Shown in pieces: positions 51,610-60,987 of a stretch of DNA of 64,000 nucleotides; position 1 is the stretch's first letter, and each line of letters begins with the position of its first letter. The notes below the pieces were generated by a model. That model was not told the origin of the DNA. It did not search any database and worked only from the letters and a program-made list of their open reading frames with translations. Position numbers and translations under genes: made by a program. The stretch spans positions 16,014-80,013 of the forward strand of contig DUQO01000018.1 of the NCBI GenBank assembly GCA_012837765.1. Direction: 5' to 3'. Origin of the DNA: Mollicutes bacterium. GTDB lineage: Bacteria; Bacillota_I; Bacilli_A; RF39; UBA660.

Positions 51610-54114
51610 ATGATGAAAATGGGTTTTCTTAAAAGTGTTTTTAATCATGAATACAGGGAACTAAAAAAATTTAATGCTATTGCTACTAAAGTAGATGAGT
51701 TAGATAGTGTTATGCAGAAACTATCTGATTATGAATTAAAGGCTAAAACAAATGAATTTAAAGAGAGATTGGCAAATGGTGAAACACTAGATGATTTATT
51801 AGTTGAAGCTTTTGCGGTAGTAAGAGAAGCGGCGTTTCGTACTATAAAAGAAAAACCATATTTTGTACAAATTTTAGGTGGTATTACAATTCACTATGGT
51901 AATATTGCTGAAATGAAAACAGGTGAAGGAAAAACCTTATCTTTAACAATGCCTGCTTATTTAAATGCATTAACAGGTGAGGGTGTACATGTTATTACAG
52001 TAAACGAATATCTAGCTAGTTTTCATGCTGGATGGATGGGACAAATATTTGAATTTCTTGGTTTAACTGTAGGTGTTAATTTACGAGAATTAGACTTTGA
52101 AGAAAAGAAAAATGTATACAATTGCGATATCATGTATACAACAAATAGTGAGTTAGGTTTTGACTATTTAAGAGATAACATGGTAGTAAATAAAGAAAGA
52201 AGAGTTCAAAGAGGACTCAATTTTGCAATCGTTGACGAGGTTGACTCAATTTTAATAGATGAAGCACGTACTCCACTAATAATTTCTGGTGGCTACATGA
52301 AATCTTTAAATTTATACAAAGATGCTGATATGTTTGCAAAAACATTGCGTGAAAATGAAGGTTATATAAAAGATGAAAAAACCAATGCTATTAGTTTAAC
52401 AGAAGAAGGTTCAATCAAAGCTGAAAATTATTTTAAAATTGAAAACTTATATGATATTAAACATTCAGCTCTAGTTCATCATATAAACCAAGCTATTAAA
52501 GCTAATTTTGGTATGAAAAAAGATGTGGATTATGTTGTACAAGATGACGAAGTGGTAATAGTAGATCAATTTACCGGACGTCTAATGAAAGGACGAGCTT
52601 TTAGTGAGGGATTACATCAAGCTATAGAAGCAAAAGAAGGAGTAACAATAAAAGAAGAAACTCGTACTTTAGCAACAATTACTTTTCAGAATTTATTTAG
52701 AATGTATAAAAAGTTATCAGGTATGACTGGTACTGCAAAAACAGAAGAAGAGGAATTTAGAAACATATATAACATGTATGTTATTCAAATACCTACAAAT
52801 AGACCAGTTATAAGAAAAGACTTGCCAGATTTAATATATACAAACAAAGAAGGAAAATACAATGCAATTATTCGTGTTATACAAGAATGTTATAAAAATG
52901 GTCAACCAGTTTTAGTAGGAACTATTGCTATTGAAACAAGTGAACTTATTAGCAATACGTTACGAAAAAAGAAAATACCACATGAAGTATTAAATGCTAA
53001 AAACCACGCGAGAGAAGCTGAAATTATAGCTAAAGCAGGAGAAAAAGGTGCAGTTACTATTGCAACTAACATGGCTGGTCGTGGAACGGATATCAAATTA
53101 GGAGAAGGAGTTAAGGAACTAGGTGGTTTATTTGTTATAGGTACTGAACGTCATGAATCAAGACGTATTGATAACCAATTAAGAGGTCGTGCAGGACGTC
53201 AAGGAGACCCTGGCGTTTCCCAATTCTTTGTCTCGTTAGAAGATGATATCATGGTTCGTTTTGGTTCTGATAGAATTAAAGGAATGATGCAGTCTTTAGG
53301 TTTTGGTGGGGATCAAGCAATTCGTAGTAAGATGTTTACAAATGCTATGGAAACAGCCCAAAAGAGAGTAGAAGGATATAACTTTGATATTAGAAAACAA
53401 TTACTTCAATATGATGATGTCATGAACAGACAAAGAGAAATAATATATGAAAAAAGAAATAGTATTTTAGATGAAGATTCAATTCATGACTATATATTGA
53501 AAAGTATAATGGATTATATAGAAAGATTAGTATTTAGTCATTTAATAGAAGAAAAAGTATTAACATTAAACGATAAATCAGAGATTATTGAAGCTGTAAA
53601 TGAAAATTTATTAAAGAACGACAGAATGTCAGTTGATGATATAAAAGAAGATGATGAAAATACAATAGTAAGAAAAATATATGAAAAAGTAATACATGAT
53701 TATGAGCAAAAAATAAAAGATCTGCCAAATGATATAATCAACGATTTTGAAAAAGCAATTCATTTAAATGTTATCGATAGACATTGGATGGAACATATTA
53801 ATACAATGGAACATTTAAGAGAAGGAATAGGTTTAAGGGGTTACGCTCAAGAAAACCCTCTTCAAGCTTATGTTTCAGAAGGATTTGCTCTATTTGAAGA
53901 AATGTTAGCTAGAATTGATGAACAAACAACAATATATATATTGAAGGCAGAAATAAAACAAAATTTAGAGACTAAAGAAGTTGCAAATATAGCTACTAAT
54001 GAAGATAAGAGTAAAACAATAAAGAGACAACCAAAAAAAGTAAATAAGATAGGAAGAAATGAGCCTTGCCCATGTGGCAGTGGCAAGAAGTATAAACAAT
54101 GTTGTGGTAAATAA
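51610..54114 (+). CDS. secA: Preprotein translocase ATPase SecA
   Basis: 834 aa with DEAD-motor motifs and the C-terminal zinc motif CPCGSGKKYKQCCGK. Confidence 0.95.
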   Translation: MMKMGFLKSVFNHEYRELKKFNAIATKVDELDSVMQKLSDYELKAKTNEFKERLANGETLDDLLVEAFAVVREAAFRTIKEKPYFVQILGGITIHYGNIAEMKTGEGKTLSLTMPAYLNALTGEGVHVITVNEYLASFHAGWMGQIFEFLGLTVGVNLRELDFEEKKNVYNCDIMYTTNSELGFDYLRDNMVVNKERRVQRGLNFAIVDEVDSILIDEARTPLIISGGYMKSLNLYKDADMFAKTLRENEGYIKDEKTNAISLTEEGSIKAENYFKIENLYDIKHSALVHHINQAIKANFGMKKDVDYVVQDDEVVIVDQFTGRLMKGRAFSEGLHQAIEAKEGVTIKEETRTLATITFQNLFRMYKKLSGMTGTAKTEEEEFRNIYNMYVIQIPTNRPVIRKDLPDLIYTNKEGKYNAIIRVIQECYKNGQPVLVGTIAIETSELISNTLRKKKIPHEVLNAKNHAREAEIIAKAGEKGAVTIATNMAGRGTDIKLGEGVKELGGLFVIGTERHESRRIDNQLRGRAGRQGDPGVSQFFVSLEDDIMVRFGSDRIKGMMQSLGFGGDQAIRSKMFTNAMETAQKRVEGYNFDIRKQLLQYDDVMNRQREIIYEKRNSILDEDSIHDYILKSIMDYIERLVFSHLIEEKVLTLNDKSEIIEAVNENLLKNDRMSVDDIKEDDENTIVRKIYEKVIHDYEQKIKDLPNDIINDFEKAIHLNVIDRHWMEHINTMEHLREGIGLRGYAQENPLQAYVSEGFALFEEMLARIDEQTTIYILKAEIKQNLETKEVANIATNEDKSKTIKRQPKKVNKIGRNEPCPCGSGKKYKQCCGK

Positions 54115-54160
54115 CCTCGCAAAGCCCCATAAAATAAGGGCTCGTGAGGTTTTTTCTTTT
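54113..54160 (+). terminator. Terminator after secA
   Basis: ACCUCGCAAAGCCCC...AAGGGCUCGUGAGGU followed by a U6 run. Confidence 0.65.
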
Positions 54161-54318
54161 TTCAAAAAGTTGTACTTTTTACTCAAAAGGTGCTTCTACA
54201 TACGTTTTACATACGAATTTTTCGGTGATTTTGAGCATAATCCTGACAAATTAATTGTAAAAAATATGATATAATTAAATAGACAAATAGTAATTTGTAA
54301 AACGATCGGAAGTGAATC

Positions 54319-55032
54319 ATGAATCAAGAAAAGTTTGGTAAATTTATAAAAGAAATAAGAAAGAAAAATAATTTAACACAAAAACAATTAGCAGATAAAT
54401 ATAATGTTACTTATCAAGCAGTTAGTAAATGGGAAAACGGAAGAAATATGCCTGATACTACACTGATAAAACAAATGAGCAATGATTTTGATATTAGTTT
54501 AGAAGAAATGTTTGAGGGAGAGTTAAAAGAAAACAAAAATAGTAAACAAAACAAGAAAAATATAATTCTTATATCTCTACTAATAATATGTTTAATAGTT
54601 ATATTTATTTTATCAATAAATTTTCAAAATAATAATGGTAATTTTAATTTTAAAACTTTATCTAGTAATTGTGATAATTTCAATATTTCAGGAAACATTG
54701 CATACAATGATAAAAAAACTTCTATTTATATTTCTAATATAAAGTATTGTGGAGGTAACGATACTACTGAATATAAAGAAATTGAATGTGTATTATATGA
54801 ATCAAATAATGACATTGAGAAAAAAATAAGTTCTTGTAATTATAAGGAAGAAAAAAATATTACATTAGAAAATTTTTTACAAACTGTTACCTTAACTGTT
54901 GATAATTATAAAAAAATTTGTAAGGAATATTCTGAAAATAGTTTATTTTTATCAATTAATGCAACAGATAATAACGGAAAGATTACTACTTACAAAATTC
55001 CATTGACATTAGAACAAAGCTGCTCTAATTAA
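54319..55032 (+). CDS. XRE-family HTH regulator with single TM and Cys-containing extracytoplasmic domain
   Basis: N-terminal HTH KNNLTQKQLADKYNVTYQAVSKWENG, TM segment IILISLLIICLIVIFILSI, C-terminal domain with 6 Cys. Confidence 0.6.
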   Translation: MNQEKFGKFIKEIRKKNNLTQKQLADKYNVTYQAVSKWENGRNMPDTTLIKQMSNDFDISLEEMFEGELKENKNSKQNKKNIILISLLIICLIVIFILSINFQNNNGNFNFKTLSSNCDNFNISGNIAYNDKKTSIYISNIKYCGGNDTTEYKEIECVLYESNNDIEKKISSCNYKEEKNITLENFLQTVTLTVDNYKKICKEYSENSLFLSINATDNNGKITTYKIPLTLEQSCSN

Positions 55033-55102
55033 ACTCAACTGAATGTTGAGTTTTTTCAACTCTTTCGTTATAGAAAATTTAATTAAATAATTTTATAATG
55101 AA

Positions 55103-55801
55103 ATGGAAAGGAGCAAAATTTTTATGAAAAAAATATTTTTTACAATTACAATGGCATGTATATTGTGTCTAGGTGTGTGTGCTTGTACAGCTAATACCGA
55201 ATTAAAGAAATTGCCAAATCCAGAAATAACGGAAGGAATACGAGGAGAACAATTTGGTATAGATAAGAACATTAATGAGGAAACAATTGATGAATATCTT
55301 AATAGACCCGATAGTGTGTATCGTGATATGAGAATGCTTAAAGATCCAGGTAATTATGAAGCGATTGGAGGAGATTCTTATCTTTCTGGTTTTGTAAAAG
55401 GATTTGAAGTAGTGCCATATCCATTATTAGTAAATGTTATAGGATTACCAGAAGAAGTTGGTGATACCTATACAGGAAAAACATTATATACATTAAACGA
55501 TAATGGGAAATACATTGCAAATTATGAAGAATCACTTGAAATCTTAGAATATTATTTTCCTAAAGATAAAAATATATTTTTAATGTGCGGTGGTGGAGGT
55601 TATGCTGGAATGACTAAAACTATGTTAGTATCACTTGGATGGGACGAAAATAAAATTTATAATGTTGGTGGATATTGGTATTATGAAGGAACTAATAATG
55701 TAGAAGTGAAAAAAACAAACTCTGATAACTCAATATCATATGATTTTTGGAAAGTAGTTTATCATGATATTGATTTTGATAATTTACATGAGGTAAAATA
55801 A
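55103..55801 (+). CDS. Lipoprotein, possibly rhodanese-like fold
   Basis: Signal/lipobox MACILCLGVCAC. IFLMCGGGGYAG...KIYNVGG resembles the rhodanese CxxGxR...VYNLxGG blocks, but the Arg is replaced. Confidence 0.4.
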   Translation: MERSKIFMKKIFFTITMACILCLGVCACTANTELKKLPNPEITEGIRGEQFGIDKNINEETIDEYLNRPDSVYRDMRMLKDPGNYEAIGGDSYLSGFVKGFEVVPYPLLVNVIGLPEEVGDTYTGKTLYTLNDNGKYIANYEESLEILEYYFPKDKNIFLMCGGGGYAGMTKTMLVSLGWDENKIYNVGGYWYYEGTNNVEVKKTNSDNSISYDFWKVVYHDIDFDNLHEVK

Positions 55802-56664
55802 TGAAAAAATTAATATTTTTTTCACTTACTATGATTTTTTGTTTGTTATTAGTTGGATGTAATAATAAACAAGATACATTTTCTTTAGATAAAGAATATT
55901 ATCAAAATAATTCGTTTAATGAATTAGATAAAAATACATTTGATGATTTAATTAACAATAAAAAATCTTTTGCTATATTTATATATCAACCGTTATGTAC
56001 AACTTCTTATGAATTTAATAAAATTTTAACTGAGTTCGCTAATCAATATCAAATAAGTTTTTACAAGATGTCATTTTCTGATATGAAGGAAACTGAGTTA
56101 AAGGAATATATTAAATATTATCCATCTTTAGTAATTTATCATGAAGGAGAAATAGTAGATTATTTAGATGCCAATAGAGATTCAGATAGTGAATATTATA
56201 AAAGTGTTGATGGATTTAAAAAGTGGTTTTCTAATTATGTGTCAATTCAAAAAAAGAATGATAATGATAATTTGATTTTAGAGGAAGAAACTAATAATGA
56301 TACAAAAATTGATGCAAAGTTAGAAGATATTGTATATGATGAAAATAAAGTAAATATTTATTTCTTTTGGGGTAATGGATGCCCTCATTGTGAAGAAGAA
56401 TTCAAATTTTTGAAAAGTATTGAAACTGAATATGGAAATTATTTTACATTGAATACATTTGAAGTCTGGTATAGTAAAGATAATGCGGAAATATTAGAGC
56501 AATTTGCTAATGCTATGGGAGATGAAGTAAAAGGTGTTCCATATACCATTATTGGGAATAAAACATTTTCAGGATTTAGTAAAAATTATGAAGAACAATT
56601 TTTAAATGCTATAAAAGAGCAATATCATAATAGTTATGATGTTTATTTTGATAAAACACAATGA
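55801..56664 (+). CDS. Lipoprotein with thioredoxin/DsbA-like CPHC motif
   Basis: Lipobox LLLVGC. WGNGCPHCEEEF is a CxxC redox motif (CPHC as in DsbA). TAATG overlap with the upstream gene. Confidence 0.55.
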   Translation: MKKLIFFSLTMIFCLLLVGCNNKQDTFSLDKEYYQNNSFNELDKNTFDDLINNKKSFAIFIYQPLCTTSYEFNKILTEFANQYQISFYKMSFSDMKETELKEYIKYYPSLVIYHEGEIVDYLDANRDSDSEYYKSVDGFKKWFSNYVSIQKKNDNDNLILEEETNNDTKIDAKLEDIVYDENKVNIYFFWGNGCPHCEEEFKFLKSIETEYGNYFTLNTFEVWYSKDNAEILEQFANAMGDEVKGVPYTIIGNKTFSGFSKNYEEQFLNAIKEQYHNSYDVYFDKTQ

Positions 56665-57048
56665 CAAATTACAATTTATCTAACTATAAACAGTTGAAAT
56701 TAGTGTTTTTTACATACATTTTTACATACGTTCTGTAGAGTTTGGTGTTCAAATTTTAGTTGTAGAAAATACAAATTCTTTGTAATTTCAACAAGAAATT
56801 TGTAAAAATTGCAGAAAAATTGCAGATTCTACACCATGTGGCTCAGGTAAAAAATATAAACAATGTTGTGGAAAATAACTTGCAAACCCACATAAAATAA
56901 TAAAAATATCGATTAGACTCATTTTATATTTGATGTTGTGGTTTTAGTTTTTAATTTTAAAAGGTGATCATAAAATATATAATGAATTTATGATATAATT
57001 GTAAGTATGAGAAAATGACAAATAATAATTTGAAAGGGAGTTGATTTT

Positions 57049-57204
57049 ATGAAAAAGAAAAAATTATTATATGCAATTACTTGTGCTTTAGGAAGTGGAA
57101 TGATAGGATTTTTTGCAGCAGATTTAAATGAGGTATATAGAATAGCATTATTTACTATTGGAGTTGTTTTAATGGTAAGTTCAATTATAAAATTAAGTAA
57201 ATAA
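57049..57204 (+). CDS. Small membrane peptide (51 aa)
   Basis: My translation MKKKKLLYAITCALGSGMIGFFAADLNEVYRIALFTIGVVLMVSSIIKLSK. RBS AAAGGGAG, upstream TGATATAAT. Confidence 0.3.
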   Translation: MKKKKLLYAITCALGSGMIGFFAADLNEVYRIALFTIGVVLMVSSIIKLSK

Positions 57205-57449
57205 ATAGTAATTTGAAAGTGAGATAATAGACGGAAGATAAGCAAATATTGCTTGATAATATAAATAAAGTACATACTAAATAATAAATTACAATTTATC
57301 AATTAGATTATCAATAAATTTTGATAGTCTTTTTTTTGTTCAACTTCAGATTGGTTGTGGTAGAAAGGTTAAACATTGTTTATTTAAAATTCCAAATTTA
57401 AAGGATTTTAAAAAATATGATATAATTTTAAATAGAGGAGACTTTAATT

Positions 57450-57554
57450 ATGAAAATTATTACGAAAGAAAAAGCTTATGTTCAATTAAAAGACATTGTG
57501 GAGTTGTTGAATCTTCTTTCAGGACTCCCTGGTTATGGCCTTATTCAGTTATAA
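57450..57554 (+). CDS. Small peptide (35 aa) with strong promoter and RBS
   Basis: My translation MKIITKEKAYVQLKDIVELLNLLSGLPGYGLIQL. RBS AGAGGAGA, extended -10 TGATATAAT at 57416-57428. Confidence 0.25.
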   Translation: MKIITKEKAYVQLKDIVELLNLLSGLPGYGLIQL

Positions 57555-58072
57555 AAAAGTGTTATGGAGAAGTATTAATTTGTACAAAAAATAATATGTA
57601 TGAATTTATAGAGTTTACAGATAAAGACACGATTAACTTTTTTAATAACCTTGATCATATTGCTGACTATTATCAGTTAAAGGATTTAAATGAAGAAGAA
57701 CTAATTAATTATGCTCAATCAATTGTTGAAGAAACCAAAAAATTAATAAAAAAATATAATTTTATGTCTAACAAAGAAAAATCGAAAAAATATTGCCGTA
57801 TAAAAAAACAGTGTGACAAAATGATTATAAAATTAATTCTATTAGAGATGTTTTATGGTTTAAACAAGGGTATCTAGATTTTGAATTACCAGTGGAAGCA
57901 GAGTATCCAATAGATTATGATATGAATAAGATTGAGAAATCAAAGAGTATAAAAAAATTAGCAAAATCACTATTTAACAAAAACAAACATAGATAAAGGT
58001 ATAAAAAGACAAGTGGTTAACAATTAAAAACTTTTTGTATTGTACAAAAGGTTTTTCTTTGTATACTATATG

Positions 58073-58100
58073 TTGAAAAAGGGATTATCCATGGTATAAT
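58073..58100 (+). promoter_or_regulatory. prfB promoter (TTGAAA-16-tgGTATAAT)
   Basis: Read directly from the sequence. Confidence 0.5.
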
Positions 58101-58115
58101 TATATTGGTGATAAT

Positions 58116-59229
58116 ATGGAAATGAAACAAATAAAACAAGAGTTTGAAACATATAAAAATGAAATTGAAGAAATATGGAGGCTTCTTTGACTTAACAGAA
58201 AAGGAAGAAAAAATTAAAGAATTAACTATTCAAATGAACAATCCAGACTTTTGGAATGATAAAGAAAAAGCAGAGAAAATAATCGAAGAATGTAATAATC
58301 TTAAAACAATTGTTGGGAATGTATCGACATTAAAAAAGACTATAAACGACAATATAGAAATGATAGAAATGTTGGATGAAGAACCAAATGATGAAATAGT
58401 TAGTATAATTGAGGCAGAAATGCCAGGTATAGAAAAGAAACTTGATGATCTTAGGCTAGAAGTAATATTGAATGAACCATATGATAAGAATAATGCTTTA
58501 CTAGAAATTCATGCAGGGGCAGGTGGAACAGAGTCTTGTGATTGGGCTAGTATGCTTATGCGTATGTATTTAAGATGGTGTGATGTAAAATCTTATAAAT
58601 ACGAGATACTAGATGTACAAAACGGAGATGAAGCTGGAATAAAAAGAGCTAATATCTTAATAAAAGGGTTTAATGCATATGGATATTTAAAAGGGGAAAA
58701 AGGAGTTCATCGATTAGTTCGTATCTCACCTTTTGATGCTAATAAAAGACGTCATACATCTTTTGCAGCAATTGAAGTTATACCACAAATAGATGATAGT
58801 ATTGAAGTTGAACTAAAGGATTCAGAACTAAAGATAGACGTATATCGTAGCAGTGGTGCTGGTGGACAATCAGTAAATACAACAGACAGTGCGGTAAGAA
58901 TCACGCATCTACCTACTGGAGTTGTTGTAACATGTCAAAACGAACGTAGTCAGATTAAAAATAAGGAAAAAGCTCTTCAAGTATTAAAAAGTAAATTATA
59001 TCAATTGGAATTAGAAAAAAGAGATAAATCCTTATCAGTAATGAAAGGAAATCTTTCCGAAATTAATTTTGGATCGCAAATAAGATCCTATGTTATGCAT
59101 CCTTATATGATGGTTAAAGATCATCGCACGGAAGAAGAAACAAGTAATGTTTTGAAAGTATTAGATGGGGATATAGATATGTTTATAGAAAAGTATTTGA
59201 AGGGGCGAATTAGTAATGAAAAAAAATAA
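58116..59229 (+). CDS. prfB: Peptide chain release factor 2, with programmed +1 frameshift at CTT TGA C (58185-58191)
   Basis: Frame 0 reads MEMKQIKQEFETYKNEIEEIWRLL then TGA. SD-like GGAGG sits 3 nt upstream of CTT TGA C. The +1 frame continues DLTEKEEKIKEL...SPF...GGQ through 59229. Parallels B. subtilis ...DFRGSL*DLESKE... Confidence 0.85.
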
Positions 59230-60085
59230 TGAATTAAAAAATATAAATAAATTGATAGAAAAAAGACATATCTTTAAGAGATATATCCTTTCTATAATAG
59301 CTATTTTTGTTTTAGCAGCGACATATAATTTATTTATATTGCCAAATAATTTAGTTTATGGTGGTGTTAGTGGTATAGCTGTTATAACAAAAAAAATAAT
59401 AGACCCTTCAGTTCTTATTTTTATTGTTAATGCCATTCTTCTAATTTTTAGTTTTATAATATTAGGAAAAGAAAAAACAAAAGGTTCAATATTGGGAATA
59501 ATGTTATATCCTATATTTATTGAATTAACTAAAGATATAGGAACTATTTTTGTTTTAGAAAACAAAGATATTTTACTAAATGTTCTTTTTGCAGGTTTTT
59601 TATCTGGTGTAGCAGCTGGAACTATTTTAAAAAATGGATTTAGTACAGGTGGGACTGATATAGCAGCTCAAATAGTATCAAAAGTATTTAAAATATCAGT
59701 TGGAAAATCATTACTAATAATTGATAGTATCATTATAATTTGTGGTGGAATTTATTTAGGAATTATAAATGTAATGTATGCTATTGTTTTATTATATATT
59801 TATAGTTTAATGACAGATAAAATAATACTAGGAATATCAGATAATAAAGCTTTTTATATAATTACTAAGAACGAAGATGAAGTGAAAGATTTCATCTTAA
59901 ACAACCTTAATCATGGCGTAACAATTTTAAAAGCTAAAGGAGGATATGAAGGTCGAAAAGAAAATGTATTATTATGCGTTGTACCTGCAAGGCATTATTT
60001 CAAACTCAAAGAAGGAATAGCTTTAATTGATGAAGAAGCATTCTTTGTAGTAACTGATGCCTATGAGGTTAGAGGAGGCGCATAA
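59216..60085 (+). CDS. YitT-family membrane protein (DUF161 plus DUF2179)
   Basis: GGVSGIAVITKK..., C-terminal DUF2179-like domain. The B. subtilis prfB neighbour yvjA belongs to this family. Confidence 0.7.
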   Translation: MKKNNELKNINKLIEKRHIFKRYILSIIAIFVLAATYNLFILPNNLVYGGVSGIAVITKKIIDPSVLIFIVNAILLIFSFIILGKEKTKGSILGIMLYPIFIELTKDIGTIFVLENKDILLNVLFAGFLSGVAAGTILKNGFSTGGTDIAAQIVSKVFKISVGKSLLIIDSIIIICGGIYLGIINVMYAIVLLYIYSLMTDKIILGISDNKAFYIITKNEDEVKDFILNNLNHGVTILKAKGGYEGRKENVLLCVVPARHYFKLKEGIALIDEEAFFVVTDAYEVRGGA

Positions 60086-60089
60086 TATT

Positions 60090-60929
60090 ATGAGAAAAAG
60101 AGTAAAAGGAATAGTTACAGTTATTTTTGCTTGTTTCTTTTTAGCTTTATCATTTAACATAACAGTGTTACCTCTTGAAATAGTAATAGGCGGAAGTAGT
60201 GGACTTTCTATTATTGCTAACCATTTTTTTGGAATTGCTCCTGCAATTGTTGTTTTTATTTGTTATTTATTTGCTATTATTTTTGGTTTACTATTCTTAG
60301 GCAAAGATAAAATTAAAAAATCAATAGTAGGAAGTTTTATATATCCGTTTTTTGTATATGTTACATCACCACTTAGTTTATATATTAAAAACCTTTCTTT
60401 AAATACAAGTGAGTACCTTGTTATTCTAATTATTGGAGCTGTTGTAGCTGGTGCAGCACATGGTATGATATACAAGGTAGGTTATACGGCAGGTGGGAGT
60501 GACATAGCATCACAAATAATAAATAAGTATTTTGGAATTACTGTAGGAACAGCCAATATCTTTATCAATGCAATTATAGTAATATCAGGCGGTGTTATTT
60601 TTGGTTGGGATAAAGTACTTTATGCAATCTTGATTCTTTATATTATAGGTGCAGTAACAGATAAAGTATTGCTTGGAATTTCGTATAGTAAGAAATTTTA
60701 TATAATTACAAATAAAGATGAAGAAATAAAGGAATATATATTTAACGAATTTAACACAACGGTAACCGAATTAGAATCTATTGGTGGATATACTAATAAA
60801 GCAGATCAAGTAATAATGTGTGTTGTACCAACAAGAGAATACTTCAAATTAAAAGAAGGTATAGAAATAATAGATAAAGATGCTTTCTTTATTATTACAG
60901 ATGCATATGAGTTAAAAAATAAAGCGTAA
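60090..60929 (+). CDS. YitT-family membrane protein (tandem paralogue)
   Basis: Collinear with the preceding gene (GGSSGLSIIANHF..., ...FFIITDAYELKN). Start set at MRKRVKG. Confidence 0.7.
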   Translation: MRKRVKGIVTVIFACFFLALSFNITVLPLEIVIGGSSGLSIIANHFFGIAPAIVVFICYLFAIIFGLLFLGKDKIKKSIVGSFIYPFFVYVTSPLSLYIKNLSLNTSEYLVILIIGAVVAGAAHGMIYKVGYTAGGSDIASQIINKYFGITVGTANIFINAIIVISGGVIFGWDKVLYAILILYIIGAVTDKVLLGISYSKKFYIITNKDEEIKEYIFNEFNTTVTELESIGGYTNKADQVIMCVVPTREYFKLKEGIEIIDKDAFFIITDAYELKNKA

Positions 60930-60987
60930 ATACATATTTTTTCATATTTTTATGTTATACTTATAAAAGTAGTAATGAGGTGAACAA

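Noticed and set aside
56988-57302. 104-aa minus-strand ORF
   Set aside because: It is antisense to the better-signalled 51-aa plus-strand peptide gene. Its product is Ile/Leu/Phe-rich and low-complexity.
54113-58110. Mobile element or prophage explanation for the secA-prfB island
   Set aside because: No integrase, transposase, terminal inverted repeats or phage genes are visible. Only internal repeats and a secA 3' remnant are present, so it is reported as an insertion of unknown origin instead.
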